Position numbers and translations under genes: made by a program. The notes beneath the pieces are model-generated. The model did not search any database and was not told where the DNA came from. It saw only the letters and a list, made by a program, of their open reading frames with translations. Shown here piece after piece: positions 61,050-64,000 of a stretch of DNA of 64,000 nt (the stretch's first letter is position 1; the number at the start of each line of letters is the position of its first letter). The stretch comes from Candidatus Udaeobacter sp. (GTDB lineage: Bacteria; Patescibacteriota; Patescibacteriia; Magasanikbacterales; GWA2-37-8): assembly GCA_035473115.1 (NCBI GenBank), contig DATION010000002.1, positions 105,368 through 169,367 of the forward strand, written 5' to 3'.

Positions 61050-61673
61050 ATGACAATAAATATAACCACTACTATACTAGAAAATATTAATACTGTAGCC
61101 CAATCCATAATCGCTCTTTGCTCTATATTTGCACTTAATTTAATAAGAATTGCAAAAACAGACATACTAACTCGTTCACAACGTGAAGCAGCTACATCCG
61201 CATTACAAAAAATTGAAGAGTTTAAAAAAATTTTAGTATTATACCTCGAATTCAATAAAACATTGCATGAGCACAACATACAAGCATACAATGAAGAATG
61301 CGGGGATTTTGTTGCAACATCTAAAGTTCTTAGGTGGGGTGGAGTTTCAAATAACAAATGCATGAACGCAGCAATTCGGCTAGCAAATGACCTTGAGTGC
61401 TTCTCAGCATATTTTATGCATAGAGTAGCTGATGAAGAAATAGCATTTACACCCACATCAATTGAATTCTGTGCAGCAGTAAAAAGTATATACCCTTATA
61501 TATCATCAATGAGAGATAGTGAAACGCATAATTTATATAAAAATGTAATTCAACTATATCAAATTTGGTTTAAAAGAATAAAAAATGAAAATATAAAAAA
61601 ACAAATGGTAACATTATCTAAGGAACTAGAAACAAACACTCCAAAAATCAATCCTCCAATTGGGACTAAGTAA
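61050..61673 (+). CDS. Hypothetical protein (N-terminal transmembrane helix)
   Basis: 207-aa ORF co-oriented with its neighbours. No family recognised. The overlapping minus-strand ORF 61043-61456 is judged spurious. Confidence 0.4.
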   Translation: MTINITTTILENINTVAQSIIALCSIFALNLIRIAKTDILTRSQREAATSALQKIEEFKKILVLYLEFNKTLHEHNIQAYNEECGDFVATSKVLRWGGVSNNKCMNAAIRLANDLECFSAYFMHRVADEEIAFTPTSIEFCAAVKSIYPYISSMRDSETHNLYKNVIQLYQIWFKRIKNENIKKQMVTLSKELETNTPKINPPIGTK

Positions 61674-61679
61674 AAAATC

Positions 61680-63140
61680 ATGAAAAATAAACATATTCAT
61701 TTTATCGGCATCTGCGGTGTGGCCATGAGCGCTCTAGCGATCGCTTTCCATAAAGAAGGCTGGGAAGTTACTGGCAGCGATGTCGGATTCTTTCCGCCTA
61801 TTTCTGATTATTTAAAAAATAATAATATTTCTTTTTATCCGGGCTGGCACCCAGAAAAAATGACAGCTAACGGCAATCCGGATATTATCGTGGTTGGCAA
61901 CGTGGCCGGATCGGCAAACCCGGAATTTATTTACGCCCGAAAAAATAACTTGAATTATAAATCTTACCCGGAAGTTATTGCCGAATATATTGTGCAAAAA
62001 AATTCCCTTGTCTGTGCCGGTACTTATGGCAAAACTTCCACTACCGCTCTACTGACTCTTATATTAGAAAAAGCCGGCATCAACACATCATATATGTTCG
62101 GTGGTTTAAGTTTAAATTTGCCAAACAGCGCAAAAATTATTCCCCGCTTGGGCGGGGAAGACCTAGACGACCAACCCACCCCTACCCCGCCCAAGCGGGG
62201 AATTGACGGGTGGAGTGTGCTTGAGGGCGACGAATATAAAACTGCTCGTTGGGACAGTCGGCCAAAATTTAAACTCTATTCCCCTACCCATCTTTTACTC
62301 ACTTCCGTATCTTGGGACCATGCCGATATTTACCCAACTGAAGAAACTTATCTACAGGCATTTAAAGATTTGGTTGGCATGATTCCAAACAACGGATTGA
62401 TTGTTGCCTGCACTGATGATTTAAAAATTAAAAATGTTTTAAAATCAAACACCAATGAAACAAAAATTGTTACTTATGGAAAAAATGAACCAGCTGATTA
62501 TTGTTATGCAAATTTAAAACAAACCTCTGCCGGAATTTCTTTTACAATTAAACACCAAAGTAAAGAAACAGTTATTCATGCTCCGGTTTTGGGTGAACAT
62601 ATGGCTGAAAATATCTGCGGAGCTTTTGCTCTGGCCAAAGAAATAAATATTGATGAAGAAGTAATTATTAATACTATCGCTGAATTTAAAGGTATAAAAA
62701 GGAGATTGGAAAAAAGAAGTGAAGGAAAGATTGCTATTTATGACGACTTAGGCCATTCTCCAACCAAAGCTGCTGCCACCTTAAAAACCTTGCGAGATAT
62801 ATACCCTACCAACAAAATAATCGCTATTTTTGAACCAAATACCGGCAATCGCAAATCCCAATCCGCGCCAAGCTATGCCAATGCATTTAATAATGCCGAT
62901 GAAGTTATTATTCCTTTACTGACAAAAATAAAAATTGATCCTAATGACATTGATCCGCCATTTGATGGAGAGAAATTAGCAGAAATAATTTCTCAAACTC
63001 ATCCAAATACAATATTTATCGATAATGACGACAAATTGATTGAACATGTAAAAAACAATACCAAAAAAGAAGACATTACTGTCTTCCTTGGTTCGCACGG
63101 ATTTAGAGGAATGATTGAAAAACTAATGGAAACGAATTAA
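61680..63140 (+). CDS. mpl: Mur ligase family protein (Mpl/MurC-like) carrying an in-frame GC-rich palindromic insertion
   Basis: N-terminal HFIGICGVAMSALA and a P-loop GTYGKTSTT. The insertion PRLGGEDLDDQPTPTPPKRGIDG sits just before the conserved LEGDEY segment. Confidence 0.75.
   Translation: MKNKHIHFIGICGVAMSALAIAFHKEGWEVTGSDVGFFPPISDYLKNNNISFYPGWHPEKMTANGNPDIIVVGNVAGSANPEFIYARKNNLNYKSYPEVIAEYIVQKNSLVCAGTYGKTSTTALLTLILEKAGINTSYMFGGLSLNLPNSAKIIPRLGGEDLDDQPTPTPPKRGIDGWSVLEGDEYKTARWDSRPKFKLYSPTHLLLTSVSWDHADIYPTEETYLQAFKDLVGMIPNNGLIVACTDDLKIKNVLKSNTNETKIVTYGKNEPADYCYANLKQTSAGISFTIKHQSKETVIHAPVLGEHMAENICGAFALAKEINIDEEVIINTIAEFKGIKRRLEKRSEGKIAIYDDLGHSPTKAAATLKTLRDIYPTNKIIAIFEPNTGNRKSQSAPSYANAFNNADEVIIPLLTKIKIDPNDIDPPFDGEKLAEIISQTHPNTIFIDNDDKLIEHVKNNTKKEDITVFLGSHGFRGMIEKLMETN
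62151..62211. repeat. GC-rich perfect inverted repeat (17-bp arms, 27-nt spacer) inside mpl
   Basis: TCCCCGCTTGGGCGGGG...CCCCGCCCAAGCGGGGA. About 70 % GC in a roughly 33 % GC genome. The insertion is 61 bp and in frame. Confidence 0.7.
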
Positions 63141-63143
63141 AAA

Positions 63144-63308
63144 TTATTTGCCTTCATCCACGACTTCGCAAACAATCTCGTTGGCATTCATCTCATTGAC
63201 AAGTAATGTAATTCCGCAAACATTGCACTCAATTACATTGCCGACCGCCAAGTTGGAATAACTGGAAAAATCAACGTCATTTTTGCATTCTGGACAGATA
63301 AGTTTCAT
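63144..63308 (-). CDS. LysW-like zinc-ribbon small protein (54 aa)
   Basis: Too short for the ORF track. MKLICPECKNDV...ECNVCG...EVVDEGK has a CPEC...ECxxCG ribbon and an acidic tail, resembling the LysW/ArgW amino-group carrier protein. The C-terminus is not Glu-terminal. Confidence 0.35.
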   Translation of the reverse strand: MKLICPECKNDVDFSSYSNLAVGNVIECNVCGITLLVNEMNANEIVCEVVDEGK

Positions 63309-63371
63309 AAGGTTAAAATAATGTTAGAATGACAATATTATACGCCATATTTTAGACAAGTCAAGTTTAAC

Positions 63372-64000
63372 ATGATTACCCCTCAATCACAAGCCAAACA
63401 GCTAGCCCAAACTCTCGGTTTAACTACCGAGCTGTATTTAAAGCGCGAAGATTTGCACCCATACGGTTCTCACAAGGGCAGATCCATACCGCTAATGATT
63501 GAACATTATACCAGTAAAGGTAAGGCTAATTTTTGTATTTCATCATCTGGCAATGCCGCCCTAGCCGCAATTTATGCCATAAAAAAAATTGGATCAAAAC
63601 TTAATTTACAAATTTTTGTCGGTAAACATATTGATTCAAAAAAACTAACCAAGCTGCAAGAGTTAGTTGGCGATTTAAAAAATATAACTATCAAACAAGT
63701 TGAGAATCCAAAACAATCAGCTTTTCAGATGGAAAAAACTGGCCAAGCTAAAAACTTACGCCAATCAACTGACGATTTGGCTCTAATCGGCTATGAAACT
63801 TTAGCAGATGAACTGATGGAAATAAAAAATCTAGCCGCTATTTTTATTCCTACTTCCAGCGGCACGGCAGCTCAAGGTTTATACAATGCTTTTAAAAAAT
63901 ATAATCTTAACCCACAAATTCATATCGTGCAAACTTCGGCTTGCCACCCAATGGTTGAATCTGATATCCAAACAAAAAATTCATTAGCCACAGCCATTGT
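63372..64000 (+). CDS. PLP-dependent fold-type II enzyme (ACC deaminase/D-cysteine desulfhydrase or threonine-synthase-like); 3' end lies beyond the window
   Basis: YLKREDLHPYGSHKGR matches the family pattern KREDL..GGNKxRK around the PLP-lysine region. Confidence 0.45.
   Translation, partial: MITPQSQAKQLAQTLGLTTELYLKREDLHPYGSHKGRSIPLMIEHYTSKGKANFCISSSGNAALAAIYAIKKIGSKLNLQIFVGKHIDSKKLTKLQELVGDLKNITIKQVENPKQSAFQMEKTGQAKNLRQSTDDLALIGYETLADELMEIKNLAAIFIPTSSGTAAQGLYNAFKKYNLNPQIHIVQTSACHPMVESDIQTKNSLATAI

Noticed and set aside
61043-61456. 137-aa minus-strand ORF overlapping the + strand hypothetical gene 61050-61673
   Set aside because: It is opposite in orientation to all neighbouring genes and shorter than the co-oriented + ORF, so it is probably spurious. 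Neither has homology support.
63281-63340. Apparent solo copy of the AGAATGACAA terminus near 63330
   Set aside because: There is no partner arm and no conserved core. The CATTCTGGACAG stretch is simply the CPEC codons of the LysW-like ORF.

Overview
This 64-kb window comes from a low-GC (about 33-35 %), tightly packed bacterial chromosome. It has many short housekeeping genes, few regulators and a fermentative module, and the overall style resembles CPR/Patescibacteria; that assignment is inference only. Genes read by the standard genetic code, with TGA used as a stop. The housekeeping content, in window order: clpB (3' portion outside the window), uppS, a TagA/WecG-type glycosyltransferase, gltX, an M23 peptidase, ddl, an ADP-forming acetyl-CoA synthetase, 2-oxoacid:ferredoxin oxidoreductase alpha and beta subunits, and a flavodoxin. 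Then a XerD-like recombinase, an FtsQ-like protein, alr, serS, a Ham1-NUDIX fusion, a RibL/TagD-like nucleotidyltransferase, lysS and greA. Then the PBP2-mreD-mreC-mreB cluster, a DciA-like protein, a UvrD helicase-nuclease, and an ABC exporter. A complete minus-strand F-ATPase operon follows (atpI-like, B, E, F, H, A, G, D, C), then tatD, cvpA, metG, rsmI, a ferredoxin, iscS, a DEDD exonuclease, thiI, rlmN and tkt. The last block is a cell-wall cluster: murB, an ATP-grasp protein, an NlpC/P60-like protein, mraY, a Bpt/ATE-like transferase and mpl. The window ends with a LysW-like zinc-ribbon peptide and the start of a PLP enzyme. Five things are not explained by ordinary annotation. First, three GC-rich (about 50 %) mini-cassettes lie on the + strand, each with a sigma70-like promoter, a strong Shine-Dalgarno site, a 76-99-aa orphan ORF and a hairpin terminator. 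Second, four copies of an 80-90-bp palindromic element sit between 44.7 and 60.8 kb, inserted in frame into thiI and the Bpt-like gene (as Rickettsia palindromic elements do) and at gene 3' ends. Third, an unrelated GC-rich perfect inverted repeat is inserted in frame in mpl. Fourth, an unannotated 42-codon ORF with 11 cysteines sits directly upstream of the ABC exporter. Fifth, there is an orphan protein with an N-terminal PIN-like domain. I found no CRISPR array, rRNA or convincing tRNA.
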